Assembly: GCF_001194135.2 (NCBI RefSeq)
Contig: NC_069003.1
Location: 1,302,656-1,366,414 of the forward strand
Reading direction: 5' to 3'
DNA: 63,759 bases
DNA from: Octopus bimaculoides
Lineage: Eukaryota
The position numbers were made by a program, and so were the translations under genes. Below are positions 13,288-26,149 of this stretch, piece after piece; position 1 is the stretch's first letter, and each line of letters begins with the position of its first letter. The notes beneath the pieces were generated by a model, which was not told the origin of the DNA, did no database searches, and was given only the letters and a program-made list of their open reading frames with translations.

Positions 13288-13392
13288 GAGGCTATACTGG
13301 AAAACACTTGCCCCAAATACTACGCAGTGGAACTGCACTCGGAACCATGCGGCTGGGAAGCAAGCTTTTTACTACGCAGCCGCCCCTGCGTC
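13288..13392 (-). mobile_element. SINE family A, head only
   Basis: gaggctatactggaaaacacttgcccc..cgcagtggaactg..ggaaccatgcggctgggaagcaagct..cagccgcccctgcg. Confidence 0.85.
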
Positions 13393-13429
13393 TATATATA
13401 TATATATGTGTGTATATATATAATATATA

Positions 13430-13473
<44 letters not shown>

Positions 13474-15168
13474 TAAAAATGACTTTAACTGATTCATATT
13501 CACAATGTGCTTCATCATGTTATGGAAAAAGGTATCATGTACGTGTGAAGCAAACTTCATAGCTTACATCTTCCTTCGCAGGTCTCCCTCTCTCTCTCTC
13601 TCTTTTTTTTTTATCGAAAACAAATTTTCATTGCATTGCATTCGTATTCTCTCTTTATTAAACTCTTTAATTCACATCCACTCCATGCTTACAGCTTTTA
13701 GAATGCAGAGAGCAGCTTCCCTTTCAAATCACTTAAATTCCAATTCATTATATTAAAGCTATAGTTCGCAAGTGGGTATCCGTGAGTATTTATTCCTATT
13801 AAACTATTTCCATCCTTAATCTCGATTTTAATATTATTCAAACTGAGTCGCCATGCGTGGTTTTGTCTGCATTAAGCTGAAGTGAAATCAAATTAGTTGG
13901 GAAGAACGATTGATGTAGCTATACTCAGTTATTCTTTTCCTGTGTTAATAAACCTTAAAGTAATTTACATCCCGACACACATATATCATCACATTACTGG
14001 GTTTAGAGAATTGGTGACGTTATTGCAGGAATGGTAAACGAAGTGGCTCCTGTTTTTTTAGATTATTTATTGCCTTAAATTCATGTTTAATATTTGAAAC
14101 TTGTGGAGTTTAAATTAATATTTCATTTCTCAGAAATTGAAAAATATATTGAGGAGAGAGTGAGAGAGAGAGAAAGCGAGTGAGAGATAGAGAGAACGAG
14201 AGTCAGTGAATATTTCCAGTGATGTTAGATTAATGTGATGATATTAAGATTCAGCGTTTGCACATAGAAACAAGTAACGAAAGATAAAAAAAGGAACAAC
14301 GTCGAGGAAGCAAGCAATCCAGTATAAGCGTTGACAAAATAGTGAGCAACAACACTAATGTCATTCAGAAACCAGGTAGTAGTGCTAAAGGTAATGGGTT
14401 CTTACTCATATTACTCATTACACCTTGTGCTTCATTTAGTCATAGGAATAAACAACCACTCACATTTTTCTTTGTCTCCTTTATCAAATACCGATCTATG
14501 CTGATGCTTTTAATGACTGCATAGTTCTAGCGTGACCGGAACTTGTATCACATCTGAAATATATATGTATGTATGTGTATGTACACATGACAATAGTGAA
14601 AGCGGAAGTAAAAATGAAGTTATAGTCGTCTAAAATCACTCAAAGCTATCGACAAACAATGTCTGAAAGACTCGTATAGCAACACGTAATTTGATTATTT
14701 ACACAGTAGCATGCATCTTCTGGAATCATTTTCATAGAAGTATATATCTGTACGTAGACTTAGTTATAAATATTCATATACGCACCGATGGATATCTAAG
14801 CAAAAGAGAACATCAGTTAATGAAAATAAACAATGGTTGAGGAGTAGCAATCTTCATAATTCGTATTTCTTAAGGTAAAGAATTACCACTCGTCTGGCAA
14901 CAAAGATTTTCTCTAACTACGCTTTGCAAACTCCAGCATCAGAATCAATTGTATTGAAAGTCTCATGCCTACATCCAAGATGATAAAATAAAATAAACAA
15001 CCTTATTGTTATTAATATGCTATGGACAGGTTATAATATCAAGAACAACAGAAAAAAAAGGTTTTCTATTTATGAACAATCCAGGAAGTATTTCCATCAC
15101 ATATGAACATTCCTAAACATTAGTCGGGTATTAATTTTAATTTTTGGCAGTGTCTAACAATGCCATAT

Positions 15169-15305
15169 ATACATTATTTACAATATTTACAATTGACGGA
15201 TATTTGTCTTCATCTTGTTTGTTAACACGACGTTTCGGCTGATATATCCTCCAGCCTTCATAAGGTGTCTTGGGGGAAATTTGAAACCTGGGTTCTCATT
15301 CCTAT
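15169..15305 (-). mobile_element. Retroelement 3'-end/pLTR-like fragment carrying a hammerhead motif (Penelope-like or derived non-autonomous element)
   Basis: gacggatatttgtcttcatcttgtttgttaacacgacgtttcggctg..ccttcataaggtgtcttgggggaaatttgaaacctgggttctcattcc; the CTGANGAAG..CCGAAACGT layout is typical of Penelope-associated hammerheads. Confidence 0.6.
15224..15269 (-). ncRNA. Minimal type I hammerhead ribozyme, one core lesion (CUUAUGA for CUGAUGA)
   Basis: Minus strand: GACAC CUUAUGA A GGCUG gaggauauau CAGCC GAAAC GUC GUGUU; 5-bp stem I, 5-bp stem II, ACGU palindromic stem III, GUC cleavage triplet. Confidence 0.75.
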
Positions 15306-15827
15306 GGACGTCAAATTTAAGACGGCCATATAGTCCCTAGGTGCTGTAAGAAATCCCCTAGATAGTATAAGCCTCCGCACATAGAACATTTGCTTAATGT
15401 CTTTCGGAATTTCCCTTCAAATTCCTCCTCGAGAAAGCCATGATAGCACTAACATAAATTCTTAGGTTTCTTTTGCCAGCAATTGAAAATCATGCACGCA
15501 TAACTCCCTACAGTAAATAGTTCAAAGTAAAAGACGATAGTCTTCTGTTAACATTTTGTCTACGACAAATATCTCAAGCCATATATATTAATCTGTTCAT
15601 AGTATTCTTTAAAGAGTTTCAGATATTCCAAGTCTATAAATGATTTACCAACCACTTTCCAACCCATTTAACATATAATAGGACAATGTGAAAAACATAA
15701 GCAATTTCAATAAAACCAAATTCTTTGACATTTATGCATAGCAGCATACATACAGAAATATGAGAAGACTGCGTGGGTATGTGTGTGTTTGCTGTACATA
15801 GTATGTATATATGAATGCATTTATGTG

Positions 15828-15865
<38 letters not shown>

Positions 15866-16379
15866 NNNNNNNNNNNNNNNNNNNNNNNNNNNNNNNNNNN
15901 NNNNNNNNNNNNNNNNNNNNNNNNNNNNNNNNNNNNNNNNNNNNNNNNNNNNNNNNNNNNNNNNNNNNNNNNNNNNNNNNNNNNNNNNNNNNNNNNNNNN
16001 NNNNNNNNNNNNNNNNNNNNNNNNNNNNNNNNNNNNNNNNNNNNNNNNNNNNNNNNNNNNNNNNNNNNNNNNNNNNNNNNNNNNNNNNNNNNNNNNNNNN
16101 NNNNNNNNNNNNNNNNNNNNNNNNNNNNNNNNNNNNNNNNNNNNNNNNNNNNNNNNNNNNNNNNNNNNNNNNNNNNNNNNNNNNNNNNNNNNNNNNNNNN
16201 NNNNNNNNNNNNNNNNNNNNNNNNNNNNNNNNNNNNNNNNNNNNNNNNNNNNNNNNNNNNNNNNNNNNNNNNNNNNNNNNNNNNNNNNNNNNNNNNNNNN
16301 NNNNNNNNNNNNNNNNNNNNNNNNNNNNNNNNNNNNNNNNNNNNNNNNNNNNNNNNNNNNNNNNNNNNNNNNNNNNNNN

Positions 16380-16640
16380 TATATGCATACATATATGCAT
16401 ACATACATATATATGCATACATATATGCATACATACATATATATGCATACATATATGCATACATAGATATATATGTATACATGCATACATACATATATAT
16501 GTATACATGCATACATACATATATATGTATATATACATATTTATATATATATCTATACATGCATACATACATATATATGTATACATATATATATATATGA
16601 ATATATATATACACACATAAATGCATATATATTTATATAC
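16380..16640. repeat. Compound TA/CA microsatellite with a 30-bp higher-order unit
   Basis: atatgcatacatatatgcatacatacatat three times at 16381-16470 (third copy has one change). Confidence 0.85.
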
Positions 16641-17099
16641 ATGTGTGCATGTAAGTATACTGATGCAAATCGGAAATATATAGGTGTGTGTGTGTGCGCG
16701 CGTGTGTGCGTGTTTGTGAGTCTCTGAATGGAAAATACTATTTTATTAATAGTGATATTGCAACACATTAGCTGATGGTCTTTGGATATCACATTTTTGT
16801 TGACTGCCATAGTTTTATTTCTTGCCATATATGTTAGCCACCTAAAAGATGATAATATTGTCTATACCTGGTATTGCTGCTAGACACATTTATCATTTTT
16901 AACTGAAATTTAGTGTCGAACAGAAACATAAAATAATGTATTTAGTGAATACTAAAAATCGTATCACCAACATTAAAACTAACCACTGCACCAACAGATG
17001 TACGACAATACATTCCTTTTGCACACATATATTTGCAAATATAGTTCAAAATGTTTCAGCGTATGTATTTAAATATATTTACACATGTATCCTATGTAG

Positions 17100-17145
<46 letters not shown>

Positions 17146-17825
17146 NNNNNNNNNNNNNNNNNNNNNNNNNNNNNNNNNNNNNNNNNNNNNNNNNNNNNNN
17201 NNNNNNNNNNNNNNNNNNNNNNNNNNNNNNNNNNNNNNNNNNNNNNNNNNNNNNNNNNNNNNNNNNNNNNNNNNNNNNNNNNNNNNNNNNNNNNNNNNNN
17301 NNNNNNNNNNNNNNNNNNNNNNNNNNNNNNNNNNNNNNNNNNNNNNNNNNNNNNNNNNNNNNNNNNNNNNNNNNNNNNNNNNNNNNNNNNNNNNNNNNNN
17401 NNNNNNNNNNNNNNNNNNNNNNNNNNNNNNNNNNNNNNNNNNNNNNNNNNNNNNNNNNNNNNNNNNNNNNNNNNNNNNNNNNNNNNNNNNNNNNNNNNNN
17501 NNNNNNNNNNNNNNNNNNNNNNNNNNNNNNNNNNNNNNNNNNNNNNNNNNNNNNNNNNNNNNNNNNNNNNNNNNNNNNNNNNNNNNNNNNNNNNNNNNNN
17601 NNNNNNNNNNNNNNNNNNNNNNNNNNNNNNNNNNNNNNNNNNNNNNNNNNNNNNNNNNNNNNNNNNNNNNNNNNNNNNNNNNNNNNNNNNNNNNNNNNNN
17701 NNNNNNNNNNNNNNNNNNNNNNNNNNNNNNNNNNNNNNNNNNNNNNNNNNNNNNNNNNNNNNNNNNNNNNNNNNNNNNNNNNNNNNNNNNNNNNNNNNNN
17801 NNNNNNNNNNNNNNNNNNNNNNNNN

Positions 17826-17858
<33 letters not shown>

Positions 17859-17947
17859 CCTGACGACTGACATGCGTGAAGTGCGGGCTGGCCTGTGTCA
17901 ACACACACACACCGCTACACATACATAAACATACCTGACGACTTGAG

Positions 17948-18010
17948 TTTTTTTACTAGCTACACAGGGTCGAAACACAGAGGGGACAGCACAAGGACAG
18001 ACAAAACATA
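17948..18010 (-). mobile_element. Probable SINE family B alternative 3' tail remnant
   Basis: tttactagctacacagggtcgaaacacagaggggacagcacaaggacagacaaa; matches a recalled octopus SINE tail, with no second copy in the window. Confidence 0.45.
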
Positions 18011-18429
18011 AAAGTAGGGAAAAAATTAAATCGAATGAAAAGAATGGTAATAATAAATGAAAAGGTGGAATGACGTCTACTCGAACCCCAAACTCCAGTT
18101 AACGTCATTTATTGATATGACTTTCCTATAGCGTAATAGATTCTACTGTTGACTTTAAATTGTGCGTATGTACTAACTGATATAACAGGCGTGAAACTAA
18201 GCAGGCAGTTTGTTTAAATTTTTCAAGGTTTCTAAAGGTTCAGTCGTATATTTTCGAAATGATAAAAGAAGTACTTTTATGTTTACCGCAATCTTAGGTC
18301 TCCGTAGAGAGTTAGTAACAGGCAATTGTGTTTCCCAATTGATAAATGTAATTGAGGGATTGATCTTCTCATTTAAATACCTTCCGATTACCTCCAATAG
18401 GCTTATGAAATGTATTTTTACCAGTCGCC

Positions 18430-18498
18430 GTGTGGCTTCGACGACATGGTTGGGTGGTCGCCCCAACAGAGTTGACATTAGCAGGGCTTATTCTTTGT
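18430..18498 (-). mobile_element. SINE family A tail remnant, very degraded
   Basis: catggttgggtggtcgcc..agttgac..cagggcttattctttgtaa. Confidence 0.45.
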
Positions 18499-18640
18499 AA
18501 TATTTTCTGTCTCCTTTTCTTCATTTTCCATTTCATATATTACCGCTTTTTTTCTCTGTTAAATAATCAATGTTCAGCATATATTTATATGCAGGAGATA
18601 CTTCTCCAACAGAACAGTCGCGACATTCGTCTATACACAC

Positions 18641-18703
<63 letters not shown>

Positions 18704-19860
18704 TATGTGTGTGTGTGTATTTATGTGCTGAAAATATTTCCTTTAGACGTAAAATATTTTGGAAGATGATCTCAAGACTTTGTGCTATATTCCAGTTAAT
18801 CGCAATTTTAAATATTGCCACATTTATGAGTTTACAATTATATTTTAAGAATAGTTATGAAAAGTTTATTCACATTGTTGCTGTACAAGTAGCGTGCTAC
18901 TCGAATGCCTAAGCATATCTGCAAGAAATGAAGAGTTGCCTTAAATTGTCTCCTTTAAATTCATTCCAGGATGTTTTTACAAGTCATCAATTTTAAACAA
19001 TTTCATTGAAACACTTTGGTTAAGCAACGGATAATTACAATTACAGAATCTTCCAGTACATTTCGAAAACCAACTCCTACATATTTTGCTGCAAAGCAAA
19101 AGGACCTTGAGGTGCCGCGGATCAGGTAGGCTTGTAACATTTAAGTGTTTTTTAACAAATCTAAAATGTATCAATCTTCAAAAAAAAAAAAAAAAAAAAA
19201 AAAATAACTGCTACGTTTTAAAATAGTCATTACACAAGGATTGATGAAATAATATAATTCCAGGAGATTTATGAACTCATTCATACCAATACAGTAGCAC
19301 CTTGGTGTGCAGATAAATGTACTTCCTCTAATCTCTTGAAATCCATAAGAATTATATTCGTTTAGAGATCTTTCGACAAAATATTTGCGAGACAATCAAT
19401 GAACAAGTAGAGCGACGCCACCATTCTATAGATAAAATGGAAATATTACAAACGATTTTGAGAAGATGACGTGCATGATAGATCGTTAGTATTGAGCAAC
19501 TGGCCGGGAATGAAAATCATTTCACGACAGTTTAAAATAATATTGTTTAATGTATATTTATTACATGTATGTGTATCAAATTGAATTTGCCATCATAAAT
19601 ATGTATACTTTAGTGAAGTGCAAAGTATGATATTTCCAGTCTGACAAGAAATAAATATATCGAAGGTTATTTAATATAGCATAAGCATTAATAAAAAGGA
19701 GAAAATAAAAGCTGTGATATTCCAAAGATTAGACAGACTCGCGGAAAAGGTAACGAGAGATCTGACGCAGCCGCCCACAGCACTTAAGGAACAACAAAGA
19801 AAATATTTGACCATTCGAAATAGAAAGGAAATACAATTTTCGTATATGTGTGAATGTATG

Positions 19861-19907
<47 letters not shown>

Positions 19908-20059
19908 CATACACATTCATTTAGAGATTGAGACACCTTTCGTCAGGTAGGTAGTAGTAAAGAGATTTTCAATACAAATTTTTACCTAAATATATAGAGA
20001 CACGTCCGGAAGGAGGTGGGGCGACGAATTCCCATATCTATCAGTGCACATATAGACGC

Positions 20060-20534
20060 TAAAAACACCATACAACCATAAACATATAGATACATATATA
20101 TGTATGTATATATATGTGTAATTTATATATATATATATAAATATGTGCAATTAATATATATACACATATATATATATATGTATGTAATTTATATATATAT
20201 ATATATATATATATATGTAGCTATATTTGTGTGTGCATGAGTGTTTATGCAAGTATGACTATAACAGGAATAAAATATCTATAGCGAGTTCTCTTCTGTG
20301 GCAAACTCATAATAAACGCTGATATTGGATATCTTCATATGTTTTCAATCAATATACACAAAATCAAATAACATTTCTATTGCTATCTTATGAGCGATTC
20401 AGACATATTGCTTGGTATAAAGCTTGTCTTTATCACCAGTTTACAAGCCGCAACCATATCTATCGCCATCTTATATTTATCAAACCTGCATATGAACTTT
20501 TGCACATATGCATAGCTGCATACAAATGAAAATA

Positions 20535-20565
<31 letters not shown>

Positions 20566-20867
20566 GATATATATATGAGTGTGTCTATGTTTGTCTCAGT
20601 GTGTATGTGTGCATGTGTGTGTTTCCGTGAGTATATGCGTGCATGCTTCTGTGACTGTGCATCTGTGTGTTTGAGTGTGTGTACGCATATATATATATAT
20701 GTGTGTGTGTGTATGTATGTATGTGTATACATATATTTATATATAATGTATACATATGTACAGGTTTATGTGTAATGTTTATATATATCAATATATGCGA
20801 CAGTACGTTAGACAGGTTATCCTATAACATATATATAACAAAATAAGATTAACAATAAATGGAATTG

Positions 20868-20905
<38 letters not shown>

Positions 20906-21381
20906 TCAATATATGTATATTCATATATACTTCAAATATATGTTTGTAAAATATATATATATATATGTTTGTGTGCTAAGGCTGTGTGTTATGGGAGGCG
21001 AATGTATTTAAACGTAGTAAGACCTTCTAAGACGCGAAAGTTCAAAGGAAGAATATAAAGAGATTTATTATACAATGAATAATATGACGTGTGACGTCAG
21101 TGTTCGTACGAGACCAGAGAAAAATATTTATGTAAGAGTCAGCTCGAGAGTGTGAGAGAGAAGGGCAGAACGTGAGAGAGAGAGTGAGAGTGAGGGAGAG
21201 AGTCGTAAAGTATATGAGGGAAAGCAACAGGGAGCAAGTAGGATATGTGAGAGGAATGGATAAACATGCATGTATATATATATATAGGTATATGAGACTG
21301 CATGTGAACGTTTGAATGTGTGTTTGTGTCTAATATACCTGGCCTCATATATATACATACATATCTATATATATATCTATA

Positions 21382-21471
<90 letters not shown>

Positions 21472-21623
21472 TATGTATGTATATATATGTAAGGTATCTA
21501 TATATCTATACATGTATATATGTATATGTATATATGTGCATGTTTTTTTTGTATATATAAGCACACAAATATAGTATATGTACATATATAGGTATGTATT
21601 TATATAACTAAATGTAATACAAG

Positions 21624-21660
<37 letters not shown>

Positions 21661-22481
21661 AATATATGGAAATATATTTATATATACATATATTTGGATG
21701 TGTATATATATGTATATATGTGTGTGTATGTGTGTTTATATATTTATGTCTGCATATATATATATATATATATATANNNNNNNNNNNNNNNNNNNNNNNN
21801 NNNNNNNNNNNNNNNNNNNNNNNNNNNNNNNNNNNNNNNNNNNNNNNNNNNNNNNNNNNNNNNNNNNNNNNNNNNNNNNNNNNNNNNNNNNNNNNNNNNN
21901 NNNNNNNNNNNNNNNNNNNNNNNNNNNNNNNNNNNNNNNNNNNNNNNNNNNNNNNNNNNNNNNNNNNNNNNNNNNNNNNNNNNNNNNNNNNNNNNNNNNN
22001 NNNNNNNNNNNNNNNNNNNNNNNNNNNNNNNNNNNNNNNNNNNNNNNNNNNNNNNNNNNNNNNNNNNNNNNNNNNNNNNNNNNNNNNNNNNNNNNNNNNN
22101 NNNNNNNNNNNNNNNNNNNNNNNNNNNNNNNNNNNNNNNNNNNNNNNNNNNNNNNNNNNNNNNNNNNNNNNNNNNNNNNNNNNNNNNNNNNNNNNNNNNN
22201 NNNNNNNNNNNNNNNNNNNNNNNNNNNNNNNNNNNNNNNNNNNNNNNNNNNNNNNNNNNNNNNNNNNNNNNNNNNNNNNNNNNNNNNNNNNNNNNNNNNN
22301 NNNNNNNNNNNNNNNNNNNNNNNNNNNNNNNNNNNNNNNNNNNNNNNNNNNNNNNNNNNNNNNNNNNNNNNNNNNNNNNNNNNNNNNNNNNNNNNNTATA
22401 TATATATATATGTTTATCTATATGTCTATTATATGTTTATCTATATGTCTATTATATATATACATACATACATACATACAT

Positions 22482-22528
<47 letters not shown>

Positions 22529-22560
22529 CGCATATTCACATACGCATATATAGAACATGA
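20060..22560. repeat. Extended (TA)n/(TG)n/(GA)n microsatellite field including an N gap
   Basis: Directly visible. Confidence 0.85.
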
Positions 22561-24007
22561 ATGATCTGAACGAAGTGATTTATTGTATGAGATATAATAT
22601 AACAGAATTTCAATGAAATATCAGTCCAAATTTCGTGACATAATTATGCTTTTCTGTTTAGAGAGGTTGGTAGTTCTATGAATTAACCAAACCACTTTTG
22701 TGCTGCTACAAATTTGACAAAGATGTCAACAGAAGACAATATAGAAGCATTAATATAACCGAAACAAAAAGAAAATAATAAATATCTAAGACCTCTGAGT
22801 ACATCTTTATTAAATTCTAGAATATAATATCAGTCTCAATATGCTGAAACATTCTTCTTTTCCATTAGGAATTTCTCCAAGACAGTTATTGTTTGGAGAC
22901 TGTGATAGCATCTATAATAATATGGTCGTATATTAACGCGTCACAATAAAAAAGAATCATGAAAGAAAGTAGTAAGGCGAGAAAAATAAAAAGAAAGAAA
23001 AAAAAAGCAAGTGAGAAATGAGAAAAATATAAGCATATCAAAACACTTGAAACACCAAGAAAAATATCCAAAGAAAATTGATATTAAACAGAAGAAAAAA
23101 TCGAGAACAGAACTAATAAATGGACAGCACAGCATCACGTCGAAGATAAACAATAACAGTCTATTCGATCTGTTAGGTATAGCAATCAAATGTCACTCAA
23201 ATCACAACCTATTGTATATATTTATGGCCATTTTGTATAATTCCCATCTGGTCCCTGGATATTGAAATAAGAAGAGTTTTTCACGGCTGGAAAGCTTTTG
23301 ATCATGGGTTAACTTGTCACGTCTGAGAGAGGGCAATGTACAAGACACCAATCAAAATCATCAACAATGACGACGGCATTAAGAATTAGCCAATGGGATG
23401 GCTTCTAAGTAGTGACTTCGTTTGTTGGACTTATTAGCCGAATATCCTCAAACCTCAAGTATACTCTCAAAAAAAGAAATGTTGTCCAATATACACTAAA
23501 ACATTGAATCATTGGAAACTATGACGGAATGAACATGCACTCAACACCATTTAATCACATCTGCTTTTTATTAGTGATGGACCACGTGCCGTTACTAATG
23601 ACTTTTAATTGTAATATGTTATATATGAATAGGGAACAAAATAAGGTACATAAAAATCGCGCATACAAACATTCACATACTCTCCTTGTATACATACACA
23701 CATATACTCCCACTTCCTCNNNNNNNNNNNNNNNNNNNNNNNNNNNNNNNNNNNNNNNNNNNNNNNNNNNNNNNNNNNNNNNNNNNNNNNNNNNNNNNNN
23801 NNNNNNNNNNNNNNNNNNNNNNNNNNNNNNNNNNNNNNNNNNNNNNNNNNNNNNNNNNNNNNNNNNNNNNNNNNNNNNNNNNNNNNNNNNNNNNNNNNNN
23901 NNNNNNNNNNNNNNNNNNNNNNNNNNNNNNNNNNNNNNNNNNNNNNNNNNNNNNNNNNNNNNNNNNNNNNNNNNNNNNNNNNNNNNNNNNNNNNNNNNNN
24001 NNNNNNN

Positions 24008-24050
<43 letters not shown>

Positions 24051-24068
24051 CACGAGCACCATTTCTCA

Positions 24069-24332
24069 AAACATTTTCGAGGTCTTGTGCCTAGAGTAGA
24101 AATATTAATAATTACTTTCGTTAAGGTCGTGTGTTGCCAGAATCGTAAGCATGCCGGTGAAAATGCTAAGCGCCGTTTCGTCCGTCTTTACCGTCTGAGT
24201 TCAAATTCTGTGGAGGTGAATTTTGCCTTTTATCCAATCGAGATCGACAAAAGTGTACCAGTATTGTGCTTTGCAATGTAATCGAGGTATCCCCGCTCCC
24301 ACAATTGTTGGCCTTTTGCCAAAATATCAAAT
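24069..24332 (+). mobile_element. SINE family B tail followed head-to-tail by a full family B copy
   Basis: cgaggtcttgtgcctagagtagaaatatt, then aaggtcgtgtgttgccagaatcg..tctgagttcaaattctgtggaggtg..ggccttttgccaaaatatcaaatc. Confidence 0.8.
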
Positions 24333-24826
24333 CATTGTCATCATCTTCATCATCATTATTATTGTTACTGGTGCTGCTGTTGTCATTGTTGTTGCTGTAT
24401 TGTGGTTGATGTTCTTGTTATTAATTGGACAGCATTTCTGCGAAAGAAACACCTAGTTATACAACCTTATTAACAAATAACGATCGAACCATTCGTGCGG
24501 TTGCATAGGATCAAGCTTAGATAATGGTGGCAGAAAGTTTTATGTAGTTAACATAAGAGCGGCAGACATTATAGGAGTTGTAGTGTGAGGACGTCAGTTA
24601 GCGAAACATGAATGTGTTTGTTTATGAGATAGCTGACCTTATCTGGCCAAATGTGTATATGTGTGTGTTTGTGTGTGTGTGTCTGTGTGTGCGTGTGTGT
24701 GCGCGTGCGTTTGTTTCTGCTTGTTGATCCTCGTGTGCCTCTACTGCGTGTTTATGTGCATCTATGAATATTATTTAATGTATCTATTATCATTGAAACG
24801 TACACACACAAACACAGTTACATATA

Positions 24827-24872
<46 letters not shown>

Positions 24873-24970
24873 CATTTATATTATATTAAGCATTATTTAC
24901 TATACAGTATATATATATACATACATATCATATATTACATATTTACATATTACGGGTATATAACTATATA

Positions 24971-25014
<44 letters not shown>

Positions 25015-25894
25015 TGTGTGTGTGTGTATATTTATATATATATATATATATATGCTTGCGTTTGTGCTTATACGTAGGAAGTTATGCAAGCGAACGCATA
25101 CGGTATGTGTTTACGTATGCGCTCACTAGTTATACGTGCACAGAATACAGAGTGAATATGTCCTTAATACTCCCATAAAAGCGGTAGAGAATTTTAATAA
25201 TCTATTTATTCATTCTCTGATTCACCAGTGCCAATAAATATAAACTGTCCTTGGTAATTGGTTTGGAAAGAAGGGAAACAAATTGGTGTGAAACAGAATA
25301 GTAGTCATAACAATAATGCTGTTTTTTTTTCTTTTTATCCGCCCCTTCCTAATCCCGCTTTAGTTTCTTTGCCTTGTATCTATAGCTTCTCTTCTTATTA
25401 ATTGCACAAGTAGTGCATTCCTCCTTAACGTTTAATCACCTTTCTCTCCTGTCATTTCGAATAACACGGAAAACTATAAAAAGAAAAGAACATGGTAATT
25501 ATAGATTATTGGAAGATGTATGAGTGTTTGGGTGTATGTTAGAGAGAGGGAATGTGTTTGTGCGTGTGTGTCCTTATTTTTGCTTCTATCATTGCCTGAC
25601 AACAGGTGATGATTTGCTTGCATTCCCCGTAAAATATTGGCTGAGGACAGAAAATCGGATGCAACAAGTACTGGGCCTTAAAAATATGTTAGTACTTACT
25701 GTGTTCGATGTCATGGAATAAGATCTCCAATTCTGTCCCCTCTGCACTGCTGCGGCACAGTGAATGCAACAAAAGACAGAAATCGAGATACAGCCATTAC
25801 ATATGTGTGTGTGCATCGGTGGTGGTGTCGGTGTGTGTGTGTCTATATATATATATGTGTGAGTGTGTGTGTGTATATATATATGTGTGTGTGA

Positions 25895-25956
<62 letters not shown>

Positions 25957-26149
25957 ACATTAAGTCCTTAAGACAGAAATGTCTGATTTTATGATGCACA
26001 ACGTTTGACAATCGTTCACTCTAATATTATATCCTGAAAAAATTCTTTTGTTTTACAACATTCAAGAGTTACATAATCATGTTTCGAAATGCAATTCATG
26101 GTGTCCCATTATATTGTGTGTTTCCTCTTGTAAAACAATTTTTGTGAAC

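Noticed and set aside
15634-17928. Long ORFs in the track spanning N-runs (also near 21.7, 23.5, 30.3, 33.6, 37.2, 38.2, 46.3, 48.1, 58.1 and 63.0 kb)
   Set aside because: They stay open only because X codons cross assembly gaps, flanked by YI/IY from (TA)n.
17935-17980. CUGACGA..GAAAC hammerhead look-alike
   Set aside because: No stem II pairing and no NUH triplet; the GAAAC lies in a SINE tail.
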